This document shows positions 50,806-61,192 of a stretch of 64,000 bases of DNA, in pieces; the first letter of the stretch is position 1, and the number at the start of each line of letters is the position of its first letter. The position numbers and the translations under genes are program-made. Below the pieces are notes generated by a model. The model made no database searches and had not been told where the DNA came from. It worked only from the letters and a program-made list of their open reading frames with translations. The stretch lies in sequence record DRR723986_6745. The stretch is one strand, 5' to 3'.

Positions 50806-51423
50806 CTAGGGGATAAATACTGGCATCAGTAATTCAAAAAGTGGATCTAAACCAACATAAAATAAAACAGCCGTGGTGTGTTCTCTAAGGCTAATGCGAA
50901 GATCTTTCAAGGCTCTCATGAGATGCTTCTCCACTGTGCTCACGGATATTTCCAGGTTTTGGGCGATCTCATTATAGCTTAGCCCTTTGTTGAATCGAAG
51001 TTTATAAACTTTTTGACGTTGGGGAGGAAATCCGCCTACCACCTTTTTGATATTGGATTTCAGGTCGTTGTAAAGAATTTTTTCTTCTGCTGATGAGGTT
51101 TTTTGTTCTCCTTTGGATTTTTCCTTTTCGGTAAACTTATCCCGGATGCTTTGCGACTTGTATTGGTTTATGATACGGTAATTTACCGAGGTGAATAAAT
51201 ATGAGGTGAGTGAGGTGTGGATTTCCAGTTTTCTCCTTTTTGACCAAAAATCAATAAATACTTCCTGAACAATGCCTTCAACTATTTCTTTCTTACCGAG
51301 TTTCTTGAAGCCAAAGTTGAATAGCTTTTTCCAGAAAAGATCATAAACTTCAATGAAAGCTGATTCATCATCATTTTTAATCCTTTCAACTAATTCGCGT
51401 TCGATTATTTCTTTATTTGACAT
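50806..51423 (-). CDS. ECF sigma-70 factor
   Basis: AF..VY..FW..L, IVQEVF...W, region 4 GLSY.EIA..LEISVSTVEKHL.RAL. Confidence 0.93.
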   Translation of the reverse strand: MSNKEIIERELVERIKNDDESAFIEVYDLFWKKLFNFGFKKLGKKEIVEGIVQEVFIDFWSKRRKLEIHTSLTSYLFTSVNYRIINQYKSQSIRDKFTEKEKSKGEQKTSSAEEKILYNDLKSNIKKVVGGFPPQRQKVYKLRFNKGLSYNEIAQNLEISVSTVEKHLMRALKDLRISLREHTTAVLFYVGLDPLFELLMPVFIP

Positions 51424-51756
51424 GGATGATTCAGTTGATAACTGCTTTGATAGAATTGATAGTTTTTAAATATGTGGTTAAAAAAAATCAATAAAATCTG
51501 ATATATGCTGTCAAATTATCAATTAGTGGTTTTATAATGAACATAAATGACAATTTTTTTTGATAAAAAATTAAAAATAGGGTTTAAACTTACTTGTCGC
51601 TTATGTAACTAAATTCGCTCCTTAATAAAGCCTTGTAAATCAGGAATGTAAATGTCTATGGAAGTTTGAGTGTAAAAAAAGCGTTGCCTTGAGACTTAGG
51701 TTATCTCAATTGCTTGCCTTTAGGAGATAAATCCTGAAAAATATTCTTGTGTTTTC

Positions 51757-51773
51757 TTTAGATTAAATCTAAA
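51757..51773. promoter_or_regulatory. 8-1-8 palindrome upstream of the PepSY gene (candidate metal/Fur-type operator)
   Basis: TTTAGATT-A-AATCTAAA just before a TATTTTTG -7 box (51791-51798). Confidence 0.5.
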
Positions 51774-51838
51774 TAATAAAATTCTTTTTTTATTTTTGCC
51801 ACAGAATCAAGACTTACTTCCTTAGAACGCACCATTTT

Positions 51839-53107
51839 ATGCAAGCAAAAAAATCTTCTGCCTGGAAAAGTATCCGTAATATTTTTGATCAAGTTCACCT
51901 GTACGCCGGATTGATCTCCGGATTGGTAGTGATTGCAGTGTGTCTTAGCGGTACTATTTATGTGTACAATACTGAAATCCGGGAGTTCATGGATTCAGAG
52001 CTGTACTTTGTGGAGCAAGCTGGTGACCGTTTGTCTGCAGATGAATTGAAAAGCGCGGTTGAAGCCAACTCTGCGTCCAACGTCGTGGGATTGATGTGGA
52101 ATGAAGATGCAGATCGCAGTGTACAGTTTACTTTGAAAAAAGAGGGGGAAGAGGGTAGAGGAAGTACTTTCTATGTAAATCCATATACAGCAGAGATTTT
52201 GGGTAACAGTTCGGATAAAACTGCTACTTCGGAATTTATGGGCTATATGTTCAGTCTTCACAGATGGTTGTTGCTGGATAGGATAGAGGAACCCATTTTG
52301 GAAAGTATGGGTAATCGTGACCTGGGCAGGTTTATTAATGGTGTGGCAACCTTGCTCTTTCTCCTTGGTGTAATTACTGGAATTGTGATCTGGGTGCCTA
52401 ATAAAGTGAAAAGCTGGAAGCAAGGATTAAAAATCAAATGGTCGGCTAACTGGAAGCGTGTAAATCATGACCTACATAATACACTGGCATTTTATTCACT
52501 GATCTTTCTTTTTATTATGGGAGCTACCGGTCCTTTCTGGTCCTATGAATGGTATAGAGAAGGATGGCAAAAGACTTGGGATATCTATCAGGAGCCCCCT
52601 GCCAAAGGTCAGGCCGCTGGTGCCGGAAGAGGAGCAGAAGGGCGTGGCGGAAATGAGCCTCGAAAAGAAGCGGAGGTTGAAAGTGCTGTTGCTCAGGTTT
52701 TGTCCTTGGAGGATATTTTTGCAAAAACTAACACAGAGCTTCCTTATCCCGGAAATATCCGAGTTTCGTTACCTTCAAAACCTTCTGATCCTATCTCTGT
52801 AAGTAAGTATAGAACAGGTTTTTTTGCCAGAGCAGGTGCAGATCAATTGAAACTATCAGCTGCAGATTTATCGGTGACAGAGGCCAATTTATTTTCAGAT
52901 TTGCCATGGCGTCAGCAGGTGGGACGATCTGTGAAATCCCTGCATGTAGGAGATATCTTTGGTCAGTTTTCGAAATTTCTATGGTTTGTAGCTTGTTTGA
53001 TTGCAACCTCGCTTCCGATTACAGGAACCTTGATCTGGTGGAATAAGCGAAAGAAAAAACCATCCAAGAAAAAGCCGGCTCAACCAAGAGTTGCTGAAAT
53101 GGCATAA
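51839..53107 (+). CDS. PepSY-associated TM helix protein (FoxB/PiuB-like heme membrane reductase family)
   Basis: HLYAGL.SG....CLSG, YVNPYT, LHRWLL, DLHNTL.FY, SLHVG, ITG.LIWW. Confidence 0.9.
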   Translation: MQAKKSSAWKSIRNIFDQVHLYAGLISGLVVIAVCLSGTIYVYNTEIREFMDSELYFVEQAGDRLSADELKSAVEANSASNVVGLMWNEDADRSVQFTLKKEGEEGRGSTFYVNPYTAEILGNSSDKTATSEFMGYMFSLHRWLLLDRIEEPILESMGNRDLGRFINGVATLLFLLGVITGIVIWVPNKVKSWKQGLKIKWSANWKRVNHDLHNTLAFYSLIFLFIMGATGPFWSYEWYREGWQKTWDIYQEPPAKGQAAGAGRGAEGRGGNEPRKEAEVESAVAQVLSLEDIFAKTNTELPYPGNIRVSLPSKPSDPISVSKYRTGFFARAGADQLKLSAADLSVTEANLFSDLPWRQQVGRSVKSLHVGDIFGQFSKFLWFVACLIATSLPITGTLIWWNKRKKKPSKKKPAQPRVAEMA

Positions 53108-53114
53108 GCTGATG

Positions 53115-53144
53115 AAGACCTTCTGAGAATGGAAGGTCTTTTTT
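53115..53144 (+). terminator. Intrinsic terminator
   Basis: AAGACCTTCT-gagaat-GGAAGGTCTTTTTT. Confidence 0.8.
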
Positions 53145-53339
53145 ATTTTTTACCACGGTGTGCACGGAGGTTTCGCTGAGGGTGCTACTTAATATTTTCC
53201 TGCATCTTCATAAGCTGGATGTAATGTCGGGATTGATATTTTGAAAATCCCATTTCCCTCTTAAAAAAAGGGGGAATCGCCAATAATGATCCTCAGTCGT
53301 CGCTCTATAAATACCAATTATAGAGCTATTGGAAAAACT

Positions 53340-53355
53340 TTAAGACAATCTTAAG
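53340..53355 (+). promoter_or_regulatory. Putative response-regulator box upstream of the TCS
   Basis: TTAAG-ACAATC-TTAAG, repeated upstream of cusA at 55522. Confidence 0.65.
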
Positions 53356-53479
53356 CAATAGAATTACTTGACATAGATTGATTTGGTAACTTTTGCGAAG
53401 CAAAATCAATCACAAATCAGAAATCAGAAGTGACCTGTGGGTAAGCTTTGTGCTCTTGGTGGTTAAAATACATTCGATC

Positions 53480-54148
53480 ATGCGAATCTTAGTTGTAGAA
53501 GATGAACCAGGAATCTCCAGTTTCTTAAAACAAGGCTTGGAAGAAGAATCCTATGCGGTGGATATAGCTGAAAACGGAGAAAAAGGACTTCAGCTTGCGC
53601 TAAGCGGTGATTATGACCTGTTGCTTTTGGATTGGATGCTACCCTTAAAAAGTGGTGTTGAAGTTTGTCGCGAATTTCGAAAGCAATTTCCAAGTACCCC
53701 TGTTATTTTTCTTACGGCAAAAGACACCGTAGATGAAACCATTACTGGTTTGCAATCCGGAGCGAACGATTACATCAAGAAACCCTTTCATTTCGACGAA
53801 TTATTGGAGCGAATACGGGTACAATTGAGAACAAAGGTGGTTTCTGAAGAAAAATATGTCCTTGGACCAATTACTCTTTTTACGGACAGGCATCAAGTTT
53901 TTAAGAATGAAGAAGAGATTCAGCTGACACAAAAAGAATTTGCTTTGCTGGAATACCTGATGAAAAACAAGAATCAGGTTTGCCGACGCACCCAGATTAT
54001 CGAGGATGTTTGGGATATTCACTTCGATTATAATACAGGTGTGATTGACGTTTTTATGAATTCCCTCCGGAAAAAGCTCCACTTTACCACCAATGAAGAT
54101 TACATACAGACTATCCGTGGGGTAGGGTATATTGCGAAGGATTTATGA
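53480..54148 (+). CDS. OmpR-family response regulator (CusR/CzcR-like)
   Basis: MRILVVEDE, LLDWMLP, FLTAKD, GANDYI.KPF, winged helix LTQKEF.LL...TIRGVGY. Confidence 0.95.
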   Translation: MRILVVEDEPGISSFLKQGLEEESYAVDIAENGEKGLQLALSGDYDLLLLDWMLPLKSGVEVCREFRKQFPSTPVIFLTAKDTVDETITGLQSGANDYIKKPFHFDELLERIRVQLRTKVVSEEKYVLGPITLFTDRHQVFKNEEEIQLTQKEFALLEYLMKNKNQVCRRTQIIEDVWDIHFDYNTGVIDVFMNSLRKKLHFTTNEDYIQTIRGVGYIAKDL

Positions 54149-55512
54149 TTATTTCATACAAGGAACGCATAGCGAGTAGGTTAACTTTAGTCACAGCCAT
54201 GATCGTATTGGTTGTGTTTGCGATTATCTATTTGGTGGTGGATTTTACTGTGGTCCAAAGTATAGATCGTGAGCTCAAGCTGGAGACCGATAAGCACGTA
54301 GGGCAGATTTTCCTGGTGGATGGCGAGATTCGTTTTGTGCACAAGGATGAGTGGCAGGAGCAGGAGCATAGCCAGATTCAGCTCAATCCGATTTTCATTG
54401 AGATTGTAGATATGCAGGGAAATTCCATGGATAAATCGCCGAATCTTGGTGAGAATCACCTGAGTTTCTCTGGAGATAAAAGAGAGAAAAATGAAGCCTG
54501 GACTTTAAAAACCGGTGGCAGGGAAGTTCGACAGATGCAAATCCCCCTTAATCATGCGGGGAAAAGAGAGGGGTTTATGTTGGTGGCAAAGTCTTTTGAG
54601 GATGCCAGGCAGTTGCTTACCAACCTTAGAAATATCCTACTCATACTATATCCCGGTATACTCATTTCCCTGTTTTTGTCGATGAGGTTTCTAGCAGGGA
54701 AAAGTATCCAGCCTATTCAAAAAATCATTCAGAAGACCAATCTTATTTCGCAGAGCAATTTAAATGAGAGAATTCCTGTAGCCGAACCCAATGATGAGAT
54801 TGCCCAGCTTACCAGATCGATTAATGAATTACTAGCCAGATTAGAACAAGCATTGACCCGCGAGAAGCAGTTCACTTCTGATGCTTCGCACGAGCTGAGA
54901 ACTCCCTTGGCAGTGATGCGGGGGACATTAGAAGTGCTTATTCGCAAGCCGAGAACTTCCGAGGAGTATGTGGAAAAAGTCAAATTGGCTTTAGAAAGCA
55001 TAGATCGCATGTCAGAGATGATCGATCAGTTGCTTTCTCTGGCTAGAGTTGGAAAAGGGAAAATGGTGCGGGATGAGGTTGAGTTAACTTCGTTTACACA
55101 AGCTTTTGCACAGCAATCAGCAGAGGAGTCTGGTCGAGAAATCCTATTTGAAACAAATCTTTCTAAACCGATTTTCCGGCTTGTCAATGAAAAGTCACTT
55201 CAGATGATTTTGAACAATCTCCTACAAAATGCCATCAAATACTCTTCCTCCTCTTCTAAAATTATTATGCAAGTAGGAAGTCATGAAGGGGCTCCATTTA
55301 TTTTGGTAAAAGATGAAGGGAAAGGTATTACAAGTGATTCTTTAGCAAAGATTTTTGATCCATTTTATAGGGAACTTGATGAAACTGGCGCCGCGGTTCC
55401 AGGCACAGGCCTAGGTCTTGCAATAGTAAAAAAACTCGCTCTCGAATCCGAAATACAAGTGGAGGTAGAAAGTGAAAAAGGTAGAGGAAGCATCTTCAGA
55501 TTGATTTTTTAG
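54145..55512 (+). CDS. HAMP-containing sensor histidine kinase (CusS/CzcS-like)
   Basis: Two TM helices, HAMP, ASHELRTPL, NLLQNAIKYS, GTGLGLAIV. Confidence 0.95.
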   Translation: MIISYKERIASRLTLVTAMIVLVVFAIIYLVVDFTVVQSIDRELKLETDKHVGQIFLVDGEIRFVHKDEWQEQEHSQIQLNPIFIEIVDMQGNSMDKSPNLGENHLSFSGDKREKNEAWTLKTGGREVRQMQIPLNHAGKREGFMLVAKSFEDARQLLTNLRNILLILYPGILISLFLSMRFLAGKSIQPIQKIIQKTNLISQSNLNERIPVAEPNDEIAQLTRSINELLARLEQALTREKQFTSDASHELRTPLAVMRGTLEVLIRKPRTSEEYVEKVKLALESIDRMSEMIDQLLSLARVGKGKMVRDEVELTSFTQAFAQQSAEESGREILFETNLSKPIFRLVNEKSLQMILNNLLQNAIKYSSSSSKIIMQVGSHEGAPFILVKDEGKGITSDSLAKIFDPFYRELDETGAAVPGTGLGLAIVKKLALESEIQVEVESEKGRGSIFRLIF

Positions 55513-55521
55513 TAATCAAGT

Positions 55522-55548
55522 TTAAGGCAATCTTAAGAGAGATTTTAG
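55522..55548 (+). promoter_or_regulatory. Putative response-regulator box upstream of cusA/czcA
   Basis: TTAAG-GCAATC-TTAAG-AGAGAT-TTTAG, 11-bp period. Confidence 0.65.
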
Positions 55549-55599
55549 GGCATTGAGAAGGTAATAGTACATTTTTGTGATTCAATTATTACCTCCCGT

Positions 55600-58500
55600 A
55601 TGTTAGATAGAATCATTCAATGGAGCATAGGGCATAAGCTCATCATATTCATTTTTATAGCCGCCTGGATAGGTTTTGGGGTTTTTGCGCTGAGTAATCT
55701 TCCCATAGGAGCAGTCCCAGATGTGACTACAAATCAAGTACAGGTGATTACCACCTCTCGAAATCTTGCGACAGAGGATGTAGAAAAATACCTGACCTAC
55801 CCAGTGGAGTTGGAAATGGCCAATCTCCCTGGTATCATAGAAATCCGTTCCGTTTCTAAGTTTGGATTGTCAGTAGTTACCATTGTATTCGAAGATAAAA
55901 TGGGGACCTACCTCCCGAGACAGTTGATCGCTGAGCGGATCAAAATGGCTGAAAAGAGTATTCCGGCTGGCTTTGGGACTCCGACAATGGGGCCTATTTC
56001 TACTGGTCTCGGTGAGATTTATCAATATGTGATTGATGTAGAACCTGGCTACGAAAATGAGTATAGCACGACAGATCTTAGAACTATTCAGGATTGGGTA
56101 GTCAGAAGGCAGCTTTCTGGAATCGAAGGTGTTGTAGAAGTAAATACCTGGGGTGGATTCCTCAAGCAATACGAAGTTGCGATCAACCCTGAGCGATTGA
56201 AAGGCATGCAAATCGACATCGCTGATGTGTTTCATGCCATGGAAAAAAATAACTCTATCGCAGGTGGTGGCTATATTGAAAAGACCAATGAAAGCTTTTT
56301 CATTCGTGGTGAAGGTCTCGTTTCCAGTTTAGAAGATATTGGGAATATAGTAGTCGAAGTAAGAAACGGCGCGCCAGTTTATATAAAGGATATTGCTGAA
56401 GTGGGGTTTGGCCATGCAAATAGATTTGGTGCTATCACAGCAAACGGAGAAGGAGAAAAAGTGCTTGGTCAGGTGATGATGCTGAAAGGTGCTGATTCCA
56501 AAGGGACCATAGACCGTGTGAAAGAACGCTTGGAAGAAATGAAGAACTCTCTTCCTGAAGGTGTGGTGATAAACGGGTTTCTAGATCGTTCTGAACTAAT
56601 AGGAAGAACCACTTTTACAATTGCGGAAAACCTGATTCTAGGTTGCTTGATTGTAGTCTTTGTGGTGGTATTGTTGCTTGGTAATCTCAGGTCGGGATTG
56701 GTAGTTGCCTCCGTGATTCCATTGGCGTTACTTTTTGCCCTGTCCATGATGTATCTCTTCGGTGTAGATGCCAACCTGATGAGTTTGGGGGCGATTGACT
56801 TCGGGATTATCATCGATGGAGCGGTGATTATTGTGGAATACATTGCCTATCAATTTACCCGTGCCGATCACCAACTTGCTGGAGTTTCTGCCCTCAAAAA
56901 GCAGCAAGCAAAGGATGAAATATCCTTCAATGGAGCTTCGAAAATGATGCATTCTGCCATTTTTGGACAGATCATTATCATCATCGTATTTATCCCGATT
57001 TTATCACTTACCGGGGTGGAGGGAAAAATGTTCCGACCTATGGCGGAAGTGTTTTCCTTTGCTTTGGTTGGCGCTATGATTTTGGGATTGACTTATGTTC
57101 CAGTCGTTTCAGCCCTATTCCTAAAGACCACTCCTCCGGGTCCAAAGAATATCTCTACACGAATTATTAATGCAATAAACAAGGTGTATGAACCAGCGAT
57201 TACCTGGGCCTTGGATCATACCAAAGTAGTACTGATTTCTGCTTTTGGGCTTTTGGTGGGAGCAATCATGATTTTTGCCACCATGGGGTCCGAATTTGTG
57301 CCTACACTGGATGAGGGGGATTTTGTGATTCAGCCATTTTTGAAAACTGGAACTACGCTCACCAATACAGTGGAAACGATCACGGAGATTGAAAACATTC
57401 TCAAACAATTTTCTGAGGTAAAGCAGGTAGTGACTAGGATTGGTGCGGCGGAAATCCCGACTGATCCCATGTCCATGGAAGAAAGTGATGTAATCGTGAC
57501 ATTGAAGCCCCGTTCGGAATGGACCACTGTGGAAACCAAAGATGAGTTGGCAGAGAAATTCAAAGAAGCGCTGGAAGTGATTCCAGGAATGGAATATGAA
57601 TTTACCCAGCCCATAGAGATGCGATTCAATGAATTGATCACAGGTGTGCGAGCTGATTTGGCGATCAAAGTTTTTGGGGAAGACTTGGATGTGTTGCTTT
57701 CTACAGCTCAGGAAATCGAAGCTGCAATACAGGGTGTAGAAGGTGCAGCGGATATTATTCTGGAAAAAGTGGATGGTTTGCCACAAATGAAAATCGAATA
57801 CAACCGTGGTAAAATTGCCAAGTTTGGATTGAATATTTCAGACCTGAATGAAGTCGTTACTATGGGATTTGCGGGGATGACGGCTGGGACGGTTTTCGAA
57901 GGTGAAAAGCAATTTGACCTGGTGGTGAGATTTGCGGAGCCTTTCCGCAAGGACATCAAAAATCTGGAACAAGCTTCCATTCAGCTTCCCAATGGGGGTT
58001 CTGTACCTCTTTCAGAATTAGCGACTATCAGCTATACCAAAGGACCTGCGAAAATCTCCCGGGATAATACCCAACGCCGAGTAGTAATCGGCGTGAATGT
58101 GCGAAATCGTGACTTACAATCTGTAGTAGATGATATTCAGGCTATTGTAAATAATCAGATTGAGTTGCCGGAAGCCTATCTGGTGGATTATGGGGGGCAG
58201 TTTGAAAACCTTCAGAAAGCCAGAAACAGACTCATGGTTGCTGTTCCAGTGGCGCTACTCCTGATTTTCATTCTCTTATATTTTGCTTTTTCGTCTTCAA
58301 GGGACGCGCTGATGATTTACTCGGCCATTCCACTTTCTGCCATAGGAGGAGTGCTTTTGCTGTGGGCGAGGGATATGCCATTCAGTATTTCTGCAGGCGT
58401 AGGATTTATCGCACTTTTCGGAATAGCCGTACTGAATGGAATCGTACTTATCGAACATTTCAAATCCATGGAATCACATTATACCAATATCAAAGACTTG

Positions 58501-59925
58501 GTGATTAGAGGAGCCAAAGAGCGGTTGAGACCGGTTTTGCTTACTGCCTCAGCGGCTGCACTTGGCTTTTTGCCAATGGCAATCTCCAATTCCGCAGGTG
58601 CAGAAGTTCAGCGTCCACTAGCAACGGTGGTAGTTGGAGGTCTGATTTCAGCCACCTTCCTAACCCTAATTGTACTTCCTGTATTGTACGTTTTATTCAA
58701 AACTAAAACAGGAGGTCCCTCATCTACTTCCAAAAAAGTCTTGGCTTCCTTGGTACTGATTTCAGTGTTTTCTTTTACTGCTACTGCGCAGGAAACTCCG
58801 ATGACATTGGAACGGGCAATTGAGAGAGGGATGGAGCAAAATCTCAACCTTCAGGCTGCCAACAAATCCCTGGAGATGGCGAATGCCAAGATCGGCCAAG
58901 GCTGGAATCTGGATAAGACTAATGTGTATTATTCCGAAGATAAAAATGACATCGCTGAAAACGGGGTTTACAACAGAAAGTGGGGGATAAGTCAAACGCT
59001 TGCTTTTCCTACGCTTTATGGCGCTCAGAAAAACGCCTTGGAAGCAGGGGCCGAGATGCAGCTCAGTCAGTTTGAGCTGCAAAAGAGAAAGCTGGAAGGT
59101 CAAATAAGCAAAGGCTTCATTGAAGTGAGGTATTGGCAGGATTTGATCCAAAACTACGACTACTTAGATTCACTTTATGCGGAGTTTTCCCGAGCTGCCT
59201 CGCGAAAATTTGAAACCGGAGAAAGCAATTACCTGGAGAAGCTGACTGCTGAAGGAAAGCGTCAGGAGATCAGTCTGAAGAAATCTGAGGCCAACGAGAA
59301 TTACCTGATGGCCATGGATGAGTTGAAGCTTCTACTGAATTGGGAGGGCGAGTTGGTGCTCGCTGAGGAAGCGATTGACTTTGAAACTTCTTTGATGCAG
59401 GACTGGTCCTCACACCCAGGCGTGGCCTATTATGAAAGTGCTGTGACTCAATCCGGGTATCAGATTCAGACCGAAAAGCGAAAGCTTCTCCCTGACATTA
59501 ACTTGGATGTGTTTCGCGGGACAAACCCAGGAGCGAATGCTAAAGTCTACCCTGGCTTTCAGGCGGGATTGTCAATTCCGCTCTTTTATGGAGCTCAAAA
59601 AGCAAATGTGCAAAGCAGTGAATTCCAGCAGCAAAAGATCCAATTGGAAGCGGAGCAATACAGAAACCAGCTGGAAAACCGTGCTCAGCAATTGCACAGA
59701 AAGCTGGATCAGAACATCCGAGTGATTACCTATTACGAGGAAGAAGGCAAAACGCTTTCGCTTCAGATCCTAGAACAGGCCCGGAGATCCTATCAAGAGG
59801 GAGAAATTGATTTTCTCCAGTATGTGCAGTTAATGGAGAACTCTAGGACGATCACCTTGCAATACCTGCAGAGCAAATTTGCTTATCAACAAACTATTTT
59901 GGAAATCAACTACCTTCTGAACTGA
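55600..59925 (+). CDS. CusA/CzcA heavy-metal RND transporter fused to a C-terminal TolC-like domain
   Basis: AVPDVT..QV, SLGAIDFGIIIDGA, GAEVQRPLATVV.GGL, then ~400 extra aa with OEP motifs (LLPDINL, GLSIPLF, YQEGEIDFLQY). Confidence 0.93.
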   Translation: MLDRIIQWSIGHKLIIFIFIAAWIGFGVFALSNLPIGAVPDVTTNQVQVITTSRNLATEDVEKYLTYPVELEMANLPGIIEIRSVSKFGLSVVTIVFEDKMGTYLPRQLIAERIKMAEKSIPAGFGTPTMGPISTGLGEIYQYVIDVEPGYENEYSTTDLRTIQDWVVRRQLSGIEGVVEVNTWGGFLKQYEVAINPERLKGMQIDIADVFHAMEKNNSIAGGGYIEKTNESFFIRGEGLVSSLEDIGNIVVEVRNGAPVYIKDIAEVGFGHANRFGAITANGEGEKVLGQVMMLKGADSKGTIDRVKERLEEMKNSLPEGVVINGFLDRSELIGRTTFTIAENLILGCLIVVFVVVLLLGNLRSGLVVASVIPLALLFALSMMYLFGVDANLMSLGAIDFGIIIDGAVIIVEYIAYQFTRADHQLAGVSALKKQQAKDEISFNGASKMMHSAIFGQIIIIIVFIPILSLTGVEGKMFRPMAEVFSFALVGAMILGLTYVPVVSALFLKTTPPGPKNISTRIINAINKVYEPAITWALDHTKVVLISAFGLLVGAIMIFATMGSEFVPTLDEGDFVIQPFLKTGTTLTNTVETITEIENILKQFSEVKQVVTRIGAAEIPTDPMSMEESDVIVTLKPRSEWTTVETKDELAEKFKEALEVIPGMEYEFTQPIEMRFNELITGVRADLAIKVFGEDLDVLLSTAQEIEAAIQGVEGAADIILEKVDGLPQMKIEYNRGKIAKFGLNISDLNEVVTMGFAGMTAGTVFEGEKQFDLVVRFAEPFRKDIKNLEQASIQLPNGGSVPLSELATISYTKGPAKISRDNTQRRVVIGVNVRNRDLQSVVDDIQAIVNNQIELPEAYLVDYGGQFENLQKARNRLMVAVPVALLLIFILLYFAFSSSRDALMIYSAIPLSAIGGVLLLWARDMPFSISAGVGFIALFGIAVLNGIVLIEHFKSMESHYTNIKDLVIRGAKERLRPVLLTASAAALGFLPMAISNSAGAEVQRPLATVVVGGLISATFLTLIVLPVLYVLFKTKTGGPSSTSKKVLASLVLISVFSFTATAQETPMTLERAIERGMEQNLNLQAANKSLEMANAKIGQGWNLDKTNVYYSEDKNDIAENGVYNRKWGISQTLAFPTLYGAQKNALEAGAEMQLSQFELQKRKLEGQISKGFIEVRYWQDLIQNYDYLDSLYAEFSRAASRKFETGESNYLEKLTAEGKRQEISLKKSEANENYLMAMDELKLLLNWEGELVLAEEAIDFETSLMQDWSSHPGVAYYESAVTQSGYQIQTEKRKLLPDINLDVFRGTNPGANAKVYPGFQAGLSIPLFYGAQKANVQSSEFQQQKIQLEAEQYRNQLENRAQQLHRKLDQNIRVITYYEEEGKTLSLQILEQARRSYQEGEIDFLQYVQLMENSRTITLQYLQSKFAYQQTILEINYLLN

Positions 59926-61085
59926 TGAAGAATCACACCTTAAAATCAATCTTTTCTGCTTCCCTTTTGGCGAGTAGCTTGTTTTTCTTTCAATGCACAG
60001 GATCTGGTACATCCGAATCCGAAGGAGTGGAAGTGGAGGCGGGAACAACTTCAGGACCTTTCATTACTGTCTCGCAGAAGCAATTTGAGACGATGAAAAT
60101 GACTTGGGGAAGTCCTAAACTCGAGGAGTTTTCAGAGGGAATTTCCGTGCAAGGCATGGTAAAAGTTCCGGTAGAGGGTATTCAGGAGATTTCGGCTTAT
60201 TTCGGTGGCTACGTAAGTGGTTTGAATAAACTCGAAGGTGAGCCTGTAAGAAAAGGAGAAGTGCTTTTCTACTTGGAAAACACAGACTTCATCCGTTTGC
60301 AGCAGGATTATCTGGAGACAAGCAGTCAACTGAATTACCTAAAAGCAGAATACGAACGACAAAAGACCTTATTTGGGGAGAAAATCGCTTCACAGAAAAA
60401 CTTCCTTAAAGCTGAAGCTGATTTTCAGGCTACCAAAGCCAAGGCAGAAAGCTTGAAACGTCAATTGGCTTTAATTAATATCAACGCTGATCAGTTGAAG
60501 CCAGAGAATATTCGTTCTAAAGTTCCCGTTTTATCACCAATTGCAGGTTTTGTTGATGGGATTCATTTGGTGCAGGGCTCATTTTTGTCGGTGGGGGGGA
60601 AAGCAATGACTATTATCAGTAAAGAGCATTTGCATATAGAATTGGTGGTGTTCGAAAAAGATGCTGCAAATATCCATAAAGGTCAAAAAGTACTCGTTAC
60701 CATTCCAGATCTTCCAGGCAAGACCTTGGAAGCTGAAGTATTTGTCGTAGGTCAGTCGATCAATAATGAGCGTCAGATCAATGTGCATGCGCATTTGCCG
60801 GATGAAAAAGAGGAAGCTTTACTTTTTCCAGGAATGTTCTTGGAGGCGAAATTAATTCAGGATCCAAAAGAAGCTTGGGTTGTTCCGGTCACTGCTGTGG
60901 TGGTGTCGGAAGGAGAAAGCTATGTGCTGGTACAACGGGAAAAGTCTGAAGCTGGGTATAGACTGGAAAAAGTCCCGGTGGTGACAGACTTGGAAAGCGA
61001 TGGGATGATAGAGCTTTTGCCAAATGCTTCATTTGATGCCAATACAGTGATTCTTACCAAAGGAGGATTCAATTTGTTGCCTTAG
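59925..61085 (+). CDS. Heavy-metal RND periplasmic adaptor (CzcB-like)
   Basis: Lipoprotein-like leader, G.PVRKG..L, LQQDYL, SPIAGFV, L.PGMF. Confidence 0.9.
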   Translation: MKNHTLKSIFSASLLASSLFFFQCTGSGTSESEGVEVEAGTTSGPFITVSQKQFETMKMTWGSPKLEEFSEGISVQGMVKVPVEGIQEISAYFGGYVSGLNKLEGEPVRKGEVLFYLENTDFIRLQQDYLETSSQLNYLKAEYERQKTLFGEKIASQKNFLKAEADFQATKAKAESLKRQLALININADQLKPENIRSKVPVLSPIAGFVDGIHLVQGSFLSVGGKAMTIISKEHLHIELVVFEKDAANIHKGQKVLVTIPDLPGKTLEAEVFVVGQSINNERQINVHAHLPDEKEEALLFPGMFLEAKLIQDPKEAWVVPVTAVVVSEGESYVLVQREKSEAGYRLEKVPVVTDLESDGMIELLPNASFDANTVILTKGGFNLLP

Positions 61086-61192
61086 GTTTATAACCTCAGA
61101 GTTGATTTAGTTCGAATAGTTTTGCTTTTGGTGAGCAATAATCCATGGCTTAGCTGGATTACGTCGGAATAGATAAACCTTTTGTGAGCTAG

